This document shows, in pieces, positions 1-12,228 of a stretch of 64,000 nt of DNA. Origin of the DNA: Pavona decussata. Lineage: Eukaryota. The DNA is taken from assembly GCA_977016875.1 (NCBI GenBank), contig CDRNST010000169.1, positions 1,612,001 through 1,676,000 of the forward strand, in the 5' to 3' direction. The translations under genes and the position numbers were made by a program. The stretch's first letter is position 1; every line of letters starts with the position of its first letter. The notes beneath the pieces are model-generated. The model saw only the letters and a program-made list of their open reading frames with translations. It was not told the DNA's origin and did no database searches.

Positions 1-60
1 GTGCATTCCCCAACTTTTCTACAACATTTCTCCTCAACAACTTGAATACACCCCTGGGAA

Positions 61-2635
61 TACACCGTATCACAAATGGCGGAAACGCGCGGAAAAGACT
101 GGCACTACGCATCAAAACGAGGCGTTTTAGGATAAACAAAGAAAATTTCCAGCGAATGTAGGCTTCTGGAGGGTCGATAAGTGCTGAGTCTCTAAAAATT
201 GAGTTTTTCTGATCACTTAGTCCAAACGAGTTCAAGTTCTAGTGTTTATTATTTATTGGTTGGCTTCTTGTAGTAATCTCAAATGCAAACTAGACACTCA
301 CAGGAAAAAACTGAGTTAGATTGTTTGTTTCAAACCTTCGAGTGTAATGTCTACAGAAAATATGAAAAGTTGTTAGAAAGATCTTCACTCTAGCAGGAGC
401 CACAAAGGTTTATTCAATGTATTTTTTGGAAAGGTAATTAAAACAGGTTTCGAAGGAAAGAAAACGAATCTACAAACGGACGCCGAGTTCCAAAGAGGGT
501 TGCGTGGTGATTACTACTCGGAAGTTCCGATCACAAAAGCTTCAAAAACCGACTCCTATACTATTGTGAACAGCTCTAATGCCTAAAAAACGAAAACAAA
601 AGGAGGTGGAGGGAAGCTACTGAAAGAAAAGTTTAACTAAGGAAGCAATATGTGAGCCAAGATTTAAATATTTCGGCACATTTTAGGCGCTTTTCCCCCG
701 AAATAAAAAAGATATCATGCATCGCAAGATTGGCCAAGATTCATGCAAGTCATTGGAAATGTGGCAGTTACCAAAGTCAAGAGGAACTACTGGAAGTAAG
801 GTATCAATTTTAAGAAAACGATCCTGCAAGGAAATTCAGGAATGTCACTCTCAAATGCGTTATATTGTAACTGCATTACACGGAATGGCAAGTTAAGGAA
901 CCCAGTGTAAAGCGAAATACGATAATCTAATTCTGACAAATTACCTAATTAAGTATGCAAATCTTTAATGATTTCAACCGAAATGCCGGTTAAAAAGCCA
1001 CAATGCTGTGTTCTCTAGTCCCTGTTTCACAGAATACAATTTTCTCATTCAGGCAAGAAGTGTTCCTTCTGAGCTTGTTCCATTATTAAACAGTTGGATT
1101 TTGATGACTTGACTGATTTAACAAATTATGAATTTTGAGGGGACTGCATTCTCTGCTTGTTGTTTACAGTACGGCTACAATATAAATGAATCGAAACAGA
1201 CAAGTCTTGGTTCACCTGTTGCTTCTTTTTAAATTATTCGTCCAGCCGTTTCTCTCCACATCCTTCACGTCTTTTCGTTGTCGTCTTCGTCTTTTTTTTC
1301 TTGGTATTATAGCGGTTTAGACAAATGGTTGTAGTCTCTCTTGCGCTCGGAACGTCCGATACGAAGTTGATCACGCAACTCTCGTTAGAAATGCATCCTT
1401 TTGTATGTTCATTTTGTTTCCTTCAAGACCTATCTTATCTTCGGATTCCGAAAGACATACCAAACAAACTTCTGTAGTATCTCTATCCATCTGCGCTCGA
1501 AAGTTGAATCCTTCGGAAACAAAAACTCTAACCGATTTTTTTTTTTTTTTTTTTTTTTTGCATTTGGGATTGCTACAAGAAACGAACCAAGAAACACTAG
1601 ACCTCTCTCGTTCGGAATGAAACCAGCGATCTGAAAAACTATCTGTTTAAGAGCTTATCAGCTAAATACAGTCGAACCTGTATATAACGGCCACCCTCGG
1701 GACTTGAAGAACTGGCCGCTTAATACAGGTGGCCGCTTAATACAGGATCCCTAAAATACTAACTGGGCGTTGTCTAATGTCAATTTTAATGGCGTATCAT
1801 ACAAAAACACTTCATGCAAGGAAACAATAGGACAATCAACACTCTTTCAAGCGATCAATACTTTAAACAAAGTTCAGTGCCAACTTGTAACTTAACAGTA
1901 TAATTTATACGTAACATTGAGTAAAAGTACTATGCAATAAATTGTCCTCTACCCTTCTACGGTATACAGTGCTCTATTTCTATGACTTACAGTTCACAAC
2001 AAAATATCTCATTCCGTAATTTCATAGTTGTTACGCTCAATGTTCAATGTCACATGGCTGAAGAACAAGCCAATTTAAGAGGAATTTCTTGCTGAAGAGT
2101 AAAGCATATTCAAAACAAACTTTTTTTAGCGTTCAGTATATGGTACTGTACTTCAACACCATGCGGATATCTGAAAAGCGTTAACGATCTTAAAAGGCCG
2201 AATATCTCATCAGCTTACAGTAGCTTTGTACATGTTATTTGATTCTCTATAGTGATGCTGGATCGCATTTTAAACACAATAAAATAACATATAGCTTAGT
2301 TTCCATTCAAGGGTGGCCGCTTAATACAGGTAAAAATAACAAAGAAAGACAAACATAGGACTGCTACAGGGTGGCCGCGGCCGCTTAATAGAGGTGACCG
2401 CCTAATACAGGTAACAAATACAGCGTTTGTACGAGCGAAAAATCGGGACTTTGAAAACTGGCCGCTTAATAGAGGGTGGCCGCTTAATACAGGGCCGTTA
2501 TATACAGGTTCGACTGTAGTCTCTCTGTGAGCTTGTACTCGCAGGCAAATTATTTTTTGTTTATCCTAAAACGCCTCGTTTTGATGCCTAGTGCCAGTTT
2601 TTTCCCGCGCTTCCGCCATTTGTGAATACGATGTA
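61..2635. mobile_element. Non-autonomous DNA transposon with ~90-bp imperfect TIRs
   Basis: tacaccgtatcacaaatggcggaa...gaggcgttttaggataaacaaa at the left is mirrored by tttgtttatcctaaaacgcctc...ttccgccatttgtgaatacgatgta at the right. Confidence 0.7.
1669..2516. mobile_element. Tc1/mariner/pogo-type MITE, TA TSD
   Basis: Perfect 24-bp TIR CAGTCGAACCTGTATATAACGGCC, TA on both flanks, repeated internal ggccgcttaata motifs. Confidence 0.88.
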
Positions 2636-2869
2636 TAACAGTTTCCAGTGCCTCGAATCTACCAATTCTACAAGAGGATCGGATCAGTGTCGTATTCACT
2701 CTGTCCCCCCATGGGACCGCCGATACATAGTTCCAGCCCTACTCCAGCTCTCGTTCTACTAAACAACCTAAGAGAAAGCTTGAGATCATTTCACTCAATT
2801 GTAATGAGAAAGACTAAGAATCTAACCAAAAAGCCGATTTCTGGGCACTTATCGACCTGCACCAGCCTG

Positions 2870-3420
2870 ATATTGAATCTGTACAGCGCCGCGCAGCGTG
2901 GTTTGTTAACAACGATTATAGCCGTTACGTTTTAGTAGTGTATCATCTATGCTCACGGACCTAAATTGCCTTCATTGCAATTAAGACGTAGCATATGTGA
3001 TATCGACATGTTTTATCAAATACATAGAGGTCACGTTAACATCTCCCTTCCCCACGAGCTTATCTCTGTGCCCGCGTACAGCTGAACAAGGGCGAGTCAT
3101 GACTTTAAGATAAGTCTACCGTCCTCTTCAGTCAGCCTGATTTAGCAACAGAACGGGAACGTCATTTGAGGACGCGAGAGCTCGCGGAATAGTCTGGACA
3201 CGAGTCTATTTCGACTATATATGGGCATTCTTGACGCGCGCGCGGTTGTCAACTGACGTTCCCGTTCTTTTGCTAAATCAGCCTGATGCTTACAAATACT
3301 CATTTTATGTAAGAACGATCCCAGCATGGAATGCGTCACCACCGGCTGACGTCATCAAGTCTGGCTCTTACTCAGAATTTGTCAGTGGAGTATCCAACAC
3401 ACTTTCAAGCTTTTGAATTA
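2870..3420 (+). mobile_element. Degenerate 3' end of a CR1/L2-group LINE, interrupted by a palindromic MITE at ~3132-3287
   Basis: Frameshifted VQRRAA..NDYSR and DAYKYSFYVRTIPAWN motifs; the insert has inverted ends ctgatttagcaa..gaacgggaacgtca. Confidence 0.65.
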
Positions 3421-4104
3421 CTTTATGAATCAATAATGTAATCTGGTTCTTTATATGCACTGCATGTATTAATCTATTGTGCGGCCGCTGGCCGCTCCAT
3501 TGCAGGATTAGCTTTGCTAATGGAAATTATGCTAATCAACGTAATAGTTGGTGCCGAGTTTGTTGTGAGCAAATGCGAGATTACATGTTTGGGGGTTTGA
3601 CACTAAAATAGCCAATCATGTCCATTAATCGACATAAGCAACGGAAAGAAGAAATCGAGATTGAGACGAGCGAGCGAGACGAATATTCGAGAGAGTTTTC
3701 CAGTGTTTTTTGAGTTCACAGTGTATGAGATCAACGAGAAATTAATAAATCAGTTAACAACACAACAGAGATTGAAACCAATGTTTTTCCCAACAATTTA
3801 CTCACAGACGAAACCGGTATATCAAAACAGAGTTTAACCTCCTTCCCAGGGACGGGAAGAGGAGAGACCATTGAACGAGGTTGGACAGAGTACCTGATAA
3901 CGGTAACCTTTTTTGGTTGCAGATATATCCGCTCAAGTGCCTCAGTTAACTTAATCTTAGCCTTTGGTTTGTCTCTGGTCAACAGCAGCATCAATTCTGC
4001 CAAGGAGGATCCTGTAGAAAACTTAAGATGGAATGGAGAGCAGTGTGATGCCTCGTCAGTTATCGCAGTTCTGAAGGTTGCCTTTCTTGGGGAACTTGAC
4101 AATT

Positions 4105-4585
4105 AAACCCTCGTTCAAGTCATCAGGTACCCGGCGTCCTTTTCCCAGATCTTTCTGAAGAGGTCTGTGAGGACCTTAGTCGAAGTATTAAGGTCAGCTT
4201 TGAGGATTTCTGCATGGATGCCATCAATGCCAGCAACTTTCCTACACTGTATGGCTTTGATGGAGAGCCTAACTTCTACTTCAGTTGGGGGACTGGTGTC
4301 AATGTCCAGGGCGATATCTGTTGGTGTAGGTCAGCAGGGTCACCTGGTGGACGGTGTATGGCTGAGCACTTCACGAAAGTGTTGTACCCATCTCGCTGCT
4401 TGCTCCTGCTCTGTTGTTAGGTTGTTACCATCCTTGTCTTTGACAAGGACCGACTCGCTAGTGCTCTTGTCACTGATTTGCTTAGTGATCTTTGTAGACA
4501 ATACTCAAATCACCTCTTGCAACGGCACGCTCGGCATCGCCCGCCAGCGCTTCAACAAAAGGTCTTCTGTCGCTCCTGGCGCAAT
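4105..4585 (-). mobile_element. RTE-clade LINE internal fragment
   Basis: Minus frame reads ITKQIS..VKDKDGNNLTTEQEQAARWVQHFREVL..AGIDGIHAEILKAD, homologous to the RTE ORF at 9190. Confidence 0.8.
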
Positions 4586-5004
4586 TTTACGCAGTAGTTT
4601 AAAAAATATACTATTTATATATAACATATTGCTATAAGTATAAAAAGACTATCATAGTATGCCCTATCTAATATTACGATTAGAACTACTGGAAAAGTCA
4701 CCACTTGACGAGAGAATTCCAAGTTAAATTTCAGACGAAAAACCGATATTGCACGAATCGTGAAGCAATAAGCGCGATATCGGTTTTTGAAGTGAAATTT
4801 AACGTGGAATTCACAAGTTAGGGAATGAATTTTCCGTTACTCACATACCCGTTGTGCACAGTATGAAGGTTATTAATATTTAACTCTTTAAAACAAAGGA
4901 AATAAATTGTTAACTTTTCTCTTAACCGTAATGGAAAAAAAATTAACCGTTAGCCGTAAAAAGCCAAACATTTAGTCCTTAACTGAAAAAGCCACTACCC
5001 TATT

Positions 5005-5580
5005 GAGACCCTCATACATTAGAGAAACTGGGAGATCAATGCATCTACCGATAAACGATCACCATCAGACTGACCGTTGCGGCTTGCTTGCACTTAGACC
5101 TCCGAGTAGTTTAATAAGACCGGACACTTTCCGCTCTGGGAGAAGGTTAAGTTTAATGACCCCCTCCCCCCGACCCACAATGGTACACCCACAAGTTTAA
5201 AGGGTCCATTCACCTAAGACTTCATCCTTATAACATCACCAGAGATAATGGAATTGGAACTCCAGAAGCTTGGATGTCTACGATCAAATAACAGATGCAC
5301 AACAGCGCATCAATGTCGTAGGGGGACTGCCAGGGGAACAGTGTGTTCTGAGCCTGAACAACGAGGATAGAAATCCTCCAATCGCTAACAACCATAGCGA
5401 GGATCGAAATGCACCAATTACCATCAACCATGGTGCTACTTATAAATCGAGTATTTGGTATATCGATATCAGCCCATCTAGCCCTTAGTCAAAACTCAGT
5501 GCCTGATCAGAAACGGTCAAAACGTAGCGATGAACACCTATGCCACAAAATCGTGAGACAAGCGATTAATTTCAGCTACA
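5005..5580 (+). mobile_element. Penelope-like element remnant (GIY-YIG end plus 3' repeat)
   Basis: YIRETGRSM (YIGET-like) and SIHLRLHPYNITRDNGIGTPEAWM, followed by repeated gaggat(a/c)gaaat..ccaat units. Confidence 0.6.
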
Positions 5581-5582
5581 GG

Positions 5583-5652
<70 letters not shown>

Positions 5653-5658
5653 TAATAT
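5583..5658. repeat. (ATA)n microsatellite
   Basis: Directly visible. Confidence 0.98.
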
Positions 5659-6705
5659 TTATCCAGGGAGCCCACTCGCCTTGGCGGTTTTCAGTGGGGC
5701 CCTGATACTTGATACTTGAAATTTAAACCAATCTCGGTGACTCAAACTAACCGCCCCCCCCCCCCCCCCTCCTCGGGGATTTCGAGTTAGAGATGTGAGA
5801 AAATAAACTAAAATAATATAGAGTTTTTCATCACTGCAGGGCAAAACTGCATTTCCCAGATGATGTTTGGTAAGGGGATTCAAATCTTCGACAGTCAACA
5901 GTGGCTTTTTTGAGAGAAATCAAAGGATCCTGTGAGCGAACTCGTGAATGCAGAAGTGAATAGTGGTAGCCGTAACCAAGAGAGAACAAGGGGAGAGAGA
6001 GGGAGCCCCCAGCATAGCCCTTGGGATATATAAATTGCGCTTAAGCTATTTTATATGTCGTGGAAACAGAAGTCTGTTTCCAGAGACGTCTGCAAACGCA
6101 TTTAGACGCCTGAAAATACCACTAAGGAAAGTCATACTGAATATTCAACAGCCGTCATTACGCATTGCCACGTTAGCACGCTCCGATGACTTCCTGTGAC
6201 GTCACACTAACCGTTTGCTGAGGTTTCGGGAAACCGACTGCCGTTTAGATAATGTCTAAAAATGAATTTAGTTAAATTCACATATTCCGGCCAACACCCC
6301 TAGTTTCCCTCTCTGTCCTCTTATTTTCTCTTGCCGCAATTCAGTGCTAGTACTCGTATCAAATTACATGCGTGAATGAAGTGTGACCTGAAAGGTATAG
6401 AACATTGTTCGCATTGTTTGCTTGATTCCGCATTATACTCCGCTTACATTTTTAACCGTTTCCTTCAGCGAGATTGAGCTCATTCAATAGTTTTGTAGTT
6501 TTTTAAAAAAAGTTTAAATGTTAAAAGTTGTTTGGAGCCTTTGGGGTGGTTGGCTTTTAAAGGCAAAACAAAAAAAACAAAAAAGAAGAAAAAAAATCTC
6601 CGTGACATTGGGAAGTTTGAACCAGGGACCTTTCGCATTAAAGACCATGCCACTAAGCCACATGCGCACGACTCCAGCAGAAGAGATTAATTTTTGTATT
6701 TATTA

Positions 6706-7198
6706 AGCTTGGTTTACACGTACGACGCAAGCATAAGCATACGCGCAAGCACAAGCACAAGCACAAGAAACCTACGTGTAAACTAGTGCGACGCAAGCAT
6801 AAGCGCCTTGTGCTTGCGCTCGTGCTTATGCTTGCGTCGTCCCGGTTTACACGTACGACGCAACGACGCAAGCATAAGTACAAGCACAAGAGAATGGAAC
6901 GATTTTCATTCTCTTGTGCTTGCGTCGTACGTGTAAACCGGGACGACGCAAGCATAAGCACAAGCGCAAGGAAATAAAACTGAAAAACAGTGACAAGTTG
7001 TCAGCGTACATTTTAGTTACTCATGTGTTGCCATTTGCAAAATGGCGGCAGCAAATTTTAATGCTTCTGCGCTTGCGTATGTCACCTTATGCTTGTGCTT
7101 ATCGCACGTGTAAACATCCTTGTGCTTGTGCTTGTGCTTGTGCTTGTGCTTGTGCTTATGCTTATGCTTATGCTTGCGTCGTACGTGTAAACCAAGCT
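6706..7198. mobile_element. PIF/Harbinger-type MITE with (GCACAA/GCATAA)n internal repeats
   Basis: TIR AGCTTGGTTTACACGTACGACGCAAGCATAAGCA; TTA TSD on both sides. Confidence 0.82.
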
Positions 7199-7714
7199 TT
7201 AGTTGTTAAGGGGTGTCTATCTGGCATGCGTGACGCAACGATTTTAACGGTTAAACGACTTCAGATCGCCAAAGAAAAATACGCGAATCAACATGGAACA
7301 CCTTAACACATTTCTAAATCGTATTTTCTCCTTCCATTCGAAATTTTTTATGACTTGGCCGATCTGCTTGAGCGGCTTTTAACACTGACAACATGGGGCT
7401 TTTCTCACCAAAATAAAAAAGTACGAAGACAAAGTACGTTGGTCAAGTGTTCTTTAGGCTATTCTGTTACTTTCGAACTCTAAAGAGCGTAATTTTGTAA
7501 TTGAAGAAGAGAGAGAAAGTGCGCCATATTTGAAAGTTTACATCCCATCGAGTGCCCAATCCATGGAACGATAACTGGTACATTGCGCATACTGCTTTCA
7601 CGAGTTAACTAGAAAACTAGAAAAGAGAAAGCAATTTCCCAAAAGCGTCTTTTTTTACCATTCATGAATCAATATAAACAAGCAATCTTTGATTGGTTGA
7701 TTGATTGACGGATT

Positions 7715-7893
7715 AATAGGCCATTTCCGAGTTGCTGTGAACCTCATTATGAAAGTGAGGCTAAGTGCAAAGTTTTTATTATGAAAATTAGTTTTCATTC
7801 ATATGCAAACGAAACTAATTTTTCACATGAAAAGCTTTTGCACTTACCCTCGCTTTCATACTGAGGTTCACAGTAACTCGGAAATGGCCTATT
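7715..7893. mobile_element. Palindromic MITE
   Basis: aataggccatttccgagtt...aactcggaaatggcctatt long inverted arms. Confidence 0.75.
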
Positions 7894-8002
7894 GGAATGC
7901 TCTACTCCTCAAAGGCGTGGTCGTCTCTGCTCAGTAACTTGGGAACTAACATGCACGTGTTTATTACAAGTCTAATTGACATTATCGGTTTGTCTTGTAT
8001 TG

Positions 8003-8478
8003 TATACCCGACTAAACTACTCCAACCAAATCGAACGTTTCATTTATCGATCTTAATCGAACTCAATCGAAGGATTGGGTTCGACAATCGAACACAATTA
8101 AACTCTCACAAAAAATGTAGCGATCAATCCCAATCGAACTTTGATTGATTTCGATAAGGTTGCATGGCCCAGTTGGCATATATTCGATTAAAAATGATAA
8201 CAGAAGCGGATCAAAAATTGATGTTTCAGTAAAGTTACATCAATCAATTGTTCATTTCACTTAATTCTTTGTTGTTCTTGCATGTTAAAAAAGACTTTTC
8301 AAAATGCCTCTTAATTCGAGTGATGATTTACAACGTTCGAATAAGTTCGATTGGGATCGGAAATCAAACGCAATCGAACTCTCACACAACTGTTTAGGTT
8401 CGATTGTGTTCGATTACCGAACTCAATCGAACCTAATCGTTCGATTACCGAACAGTTCGAGTAGTTTCGTCGGGTGTA
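8003..8478. mobile_element. MITE with aatcgaac/gttcgatt subterminal repeats
   Basis: Inverted ends tatacccgactaaactactc / gagtagtttcgtcgggtgta. Confidence 0.7.
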
Positions 8479-8874
8479 CACAGTGTTGCGGCTGACCATA
8501 CGTGTCTAGATTACTCAGAGTGGTATTGCTGTTTTCATCACAAATAAGCTGAAACTGAATTAAAATAATGCAATACTATGTTTTGAGAATTCATAATTTA
8601 CAAAGGGCGCCTCTTTAGGCCCCATTTCAAATCCTGAGACGTAATTTTGGGGAAGTTTTGATTCAAATTTTTTTCGTAGGCATGACTGTTTGCACCAGTT
8701 TTATGTCAACGAACTTAAAATTCTGCAGCAAATATCTCAAGCCGGATCTGAAACGCTCAATTAAGATACAGAGGTGATACGTATACATGTTTAGTGTTGT
8801 TTGTTTACAGACACAACACTAAATATATAATGGACACTTGAGATTGTTGCTAAATATGAGTTTACTCTGACAAT

Positions 8875-11800
8875 CTTCCCCCTGGTGGTGTGCCTTGTCG
8901 TGGCGGGGAAGCTTGTGTGACCTTACGACCCCCAGGGCTATGCCGGCGGGAGCCTTGTGCTCCTGGCAGGTCTAACCATGCCGGATTGGTCTGCGCGGTG
9001 AGGGTCCAGGCTAAAGCAGCACCAACTGGGGAGCCATAATACCCCTAAGGGAAGGTAAAACCCTGACAGAAAACCACCGGCCCTCCAGGTCATGGGGGTT
9101 GGGCGGTAGGCCAATCACTTGCCCCCGGAAAAAAACAGAAGATTACCGAAACTGCAATTTCTCAAGTACTAATTAGCAATGGCGAAGCTGTGGCCGTGGA
9201 CGGAGGCACAACCGGACACACCATGACGTCAATGGGTGAAAACCTACGGGAAGCCCACAGACCGACAAGGTCATTGGCAACGCCAAAATCAAGAATGCGT
9301 GTGGGATGCTGGAACGTACGAACAATGTACACAGTTGGAAAAGCAGCGCAAATAGCACGAGAGATGGAAAGGTACAGACTTGATCTGTTGGGACTAAGTG
9401 AGATACGATGGACAGGAGCAGGACGTATTAAGATGGGGAATGGCTATACAATGATTTTTGCTGGAGAAGAAAGTGAGCATCAGAGAGGAGTAGCAATAAT
9501 GATGAGTCAGAACACACAGAAATGCCTAATGGAATGGACAGCAATAAGCAGTCGTGTAATAACTGCCCGATTTTACTCCCGCTTCAAAAATACAACTATA
9601 ATCCAAGTGTACGCTCCGACAAACGAAGCAACAGATGATGAAAAGGACGAATTCTACGAGCAACTTCAAAGAGCTTTTGATACATGCAACCGTCATGACA
9701 TAGTTATTGTTATGGGAGATCTGAATGCAAAGGTTGGTGACGACAACAAGGATGTGGAAGGAATAATGGGAAAACATGGACTGGGTAACATAAACGATAA
9801 TGGTGAAAGGCTATGTGACTTCTGCTCAATGAACGGTCTTGTCATCACAGGAACATGCTTTCCACACCGAACAACTCATAAAGCGACTTGGGTGTCACCT
9901 GATGGAAGGACTCAAAATCAGATTGATCATATGATGATCCGTAAAGAATGGTGTAGGTCTGTGGAAGACACACGAGTGTACCGGGGTGCAGATGCAGCAA
10001 GCGATCACCTTCTGCTAATCATGAAAATAAAGCTGAAACTACATAGAAACCCAGATAGAGCAAAGACTAATGCAAGACTTGACACAAACAAACTGGAAAA
10101 CGAAATGTTCAAGTCCAAGTTCAGCGTCGAACTGCGAAACAGATTTGCAGCATTAGAGGTCGAGGAAAACATCAATGAAGATTGCATGCAAATGGAAAAA
10201 ATTTACATAGAAACTGCTGAGAAAGTACTAGGCCGGGTGAAAAAGAAAAACAAGCAGTGGTTGAGAGAGGAAACCTGGAAAGCAATAGATCAACGACAGA
10301 TGATCCACGACAAAATACACTGCACGAAATCAGAGAGAATAAAAAGCAAGCTACGAGTAGAGTACAAATTGAAAGACAGAGAGGTTAAACGCAGAGCAAG
10401 GGAGGATAAACGAGCTTGGCTAGAACAGTTAGGAAATGAAGCAGAAAAGTATGCCGAAAATGGGAGAAATAGGGAACTGTACCAAACAGCAAAGAAAATC
10501 ACAAACAAGAGACGGCGCCAAGTTGCAGCAATTAAGAACAAGAGGGGTGAGACAATAAAAGACAAGAATGCCAGACTTGAAAGATGGGCTGAACATTTTG
10601 AGGAGGTGCTAGTCAGGGAGGCCCCAATGAACCCAATTGAAGAGAACGAAGTGGAGGAAGACAAAATTAGCGAGATGGATACAACAGAGATAAGGGAAGT
10701 AGAAGTAAGGGAGGCACTGAAGAAGACAAAGAGTAGAAAAACACCAGGTATAGATGGCATTCTAGCGGAGCTGTACAAAGCAGATAGTGATGTGGCAGTT
10801 AAGGAGCTGACAAGACTGTTTGATAAGATATGGCACGAGGAGAAGGTACCTGAACAATGGAAGAAAGGCTTGATAGTAAAAATACCCAAAAAAGGCGACC
10901 TGAAAGAGTGCAAGAACTGGCGTGGTGTGACATTGTTACCTGTGGCTAGCAAAGTAATGGGCAAAGTCATCATCCAGAGAATCCAAAACGGGGTAGACAG
11001 TGTCCTTAGAAAAGAACAAGCTGGGTTTCGAAAGAACAGGAGCACAGTAGACCAAATATTCATCCTCCGTAACATCATAGAACAGGTGAATGAATGGCAG
11101 GCGACACTTTATGCACACTTTGTCGACTTTGAAAAAGCTTTTGACTCAGTACACCGCGAAGGACTGTGGAAAATCATGAAGACCTATGGGATCCCAGACA
11201 GGCTGATAAGAATGGTGAAGATCATGTATGAAGACTTTGAATGTTCAGTACTGGATGAGGGAGAACAAACAAGATGGTTCAAGATCACAACTGGCGTTAA
11301 GCAGGGATGTGTCATGTCAGGTTTCTTATTCCTGCTTGCTGTAGACTGGGTAATGCGAAGAAAAACAGAAGGACAAAGAAATGGCATCAGATGGAACTTT
11401 ACAACTACACATGAAGATCTCGATTTTGCAGACGATATAGTCCTTCTCTCATCAAAACACCAACAAATACAGGACAAGACCAACCGACTAGTAGATAATG
11501 CAGGGAGAGTGGGGCTGAAATTGAATGCGCAAAAATGCAAAGTGATGAGAATGAATGCACGAAGAGAAGACAAAGTAATGATTGAAAGAAAGGAAGTTGA
11601 AGACGTCGAAGAGTTTGTATATCTGGGCGCGACTGTGACAAAAGAGGGTGGTGGCACGGAAGACATCAAGAAACGTCTAAGCAAGGCACAGAGAGCTTTC
11701 TACAACCTAAAGAAGATCTGGAATACAAGGAGCATTGGTCGGAATACAAAATCAAACTGTTTAAGACTCTGGTACGACCAGTGCTATTGTATGGATGTGA

Positions 11801-12228
11801 AGCATGGAAATTAACAGCTGCCGAAGAGAAGAAATTGGATAGATTTCAGTTCACATGCCTAAGACGGATATTGAGAGTATGGTGGCCGCAACGTATGAGA
11901 AACGACACAATTTCAGAAATAACAGGCGTGAGAAAGATAAGTGACGAAATACGAAGGAGAAGATGGAACTGGCTGGATTGGCCATGTGCTTAGAAAGGAC
12001 AGGAACGATGATTGTATGGTAGCAATGGGGTGGCAACCCGAGGGAAAGAGGAAAGTGGGGCGACCTAAAATCACGTGGAGGAGGACAGTGGAAAGAGAGT
12101 GCAGACAAGAAAGGTGGACCAGCTGGGCGGAAGCCAGGACTGCAGCAAAAGACAGGACTGGTTGGACTGGTTGAAACGAAAGTTGCAGCCTTATGCGCCT
12201 CATGGCGCGGAGAGAACTAACTAACTAA
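8875..12228 (+). mobile_element. Near full-length RTE-clade LINE (APE endonuclease + RT)
   Basis: ORF 9190-11814 with GCWNVRTM, LSEIRW, MGDLNAKVG, SDH, DFEKAFDS, GVKQG, DFADD. Frameshifts near 11750 and 11970; (ACTA)n tail; RTE-type 5' UTR ccttgtcgtgg. Confidence 0.95.
9190..11814 (+). CDS. RTE ORF: apurinic-like endonuclease and reverse transcriptase (3' part frameshifted)
   Basis: 874-aa ORF with APE and RT motifs; continues in the frames at 11781-11993 and 11941-12174. Confidence 0.92.
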   Translation: MAVDGGTTGHTMTSMGENLREAHRPTRSLATPKSRMRVGCWNVRTMYTVGKAAQIAREMERYRLDLLGLSEIRWTGAGRIKMGNGYTMIFAGEESEHQRGVAIMMSQNTQKCLMEWTAISSRVITARFYSRFKNTTIIQVYAPTNEATDDEKDEFYEQLQRAFDTCNRHDIVIVMGDLNAKVGDDNKDVEGIMGKHGLGNINDNGERLCDFCSMNGLVITGTCFPHRTTHKATWVSPDGRTQNQIDHMMIRKEWCRSVEDTRVYRGADAASDHLLLIMKIKLKLHRNPDRAKTNARLDTNKLENEMFKSKFSVELRNRFAALEVEENINEDCMQMEKIYIETAEKVLGRVKKKNKQWLREETWKAIDQRQMIHDKIHCTKSERIKSKLRVEYKLKDREVKRRAREDKRAWLEQLGNEAEKYAENGRNRELYQTAKKITNKRRRQVAAIKNKRGETIKDKNARLERWAEHFEEVLVREAPMNPIEENEVEEDKISEMDTTEIREVEVREALKKTKSRKTPGIDGILAELYKADSDVAVKELTRLFDKIWHEEKVPEQWKKGLIVKIPKKGDLKECKNWRGVTLLPVASKVMGKVIIQRIQNGVDSVLRKEQAGFRKNRSTVDQIFILRNIIEQVNEWQATLYAHFVDFEKAFDSVHREGLWKIMKTYGIPDRLIRMVKIMYEDFECSVLDEGEQTRWFKITTGVKQGCVMSGFLFLLAVDWVMRRKTEGQRNGIRWNFTTTHEDLDFADDIVLLSSKHQQIQDKTNRLVDNAGRVGLKLNAQKCKVMRMNARREDKVMIERKEVEDVEEFVYLGATVTKEGGGTEDIKKRLSKAQRAFYNLKKIWNTRSIGRNTKSNCLRLWYDQCYCMDVKHGN

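Noticed and set aside
5409-7306. Poly-Ile and CACA/AYAY ORFs
   Set aside because: Translations of a microsatellite and MITE repeats.
1669-8478. Regularly spaced short repeats (ggccgcttaata, gcacaa, aatcgaac) resembling CRISPR-like arrays
   Set aside because: They are subterminal repeats inside TIR-bounded MITEs, with no unique spacers of constant length and no cas genes; the context is eukaryotic.
10290-11684. Long minus-strand ORFs (262 aa, 166 aa)
   Set aside because: Antisense shadows of the RTE ORF with no independent motifs.
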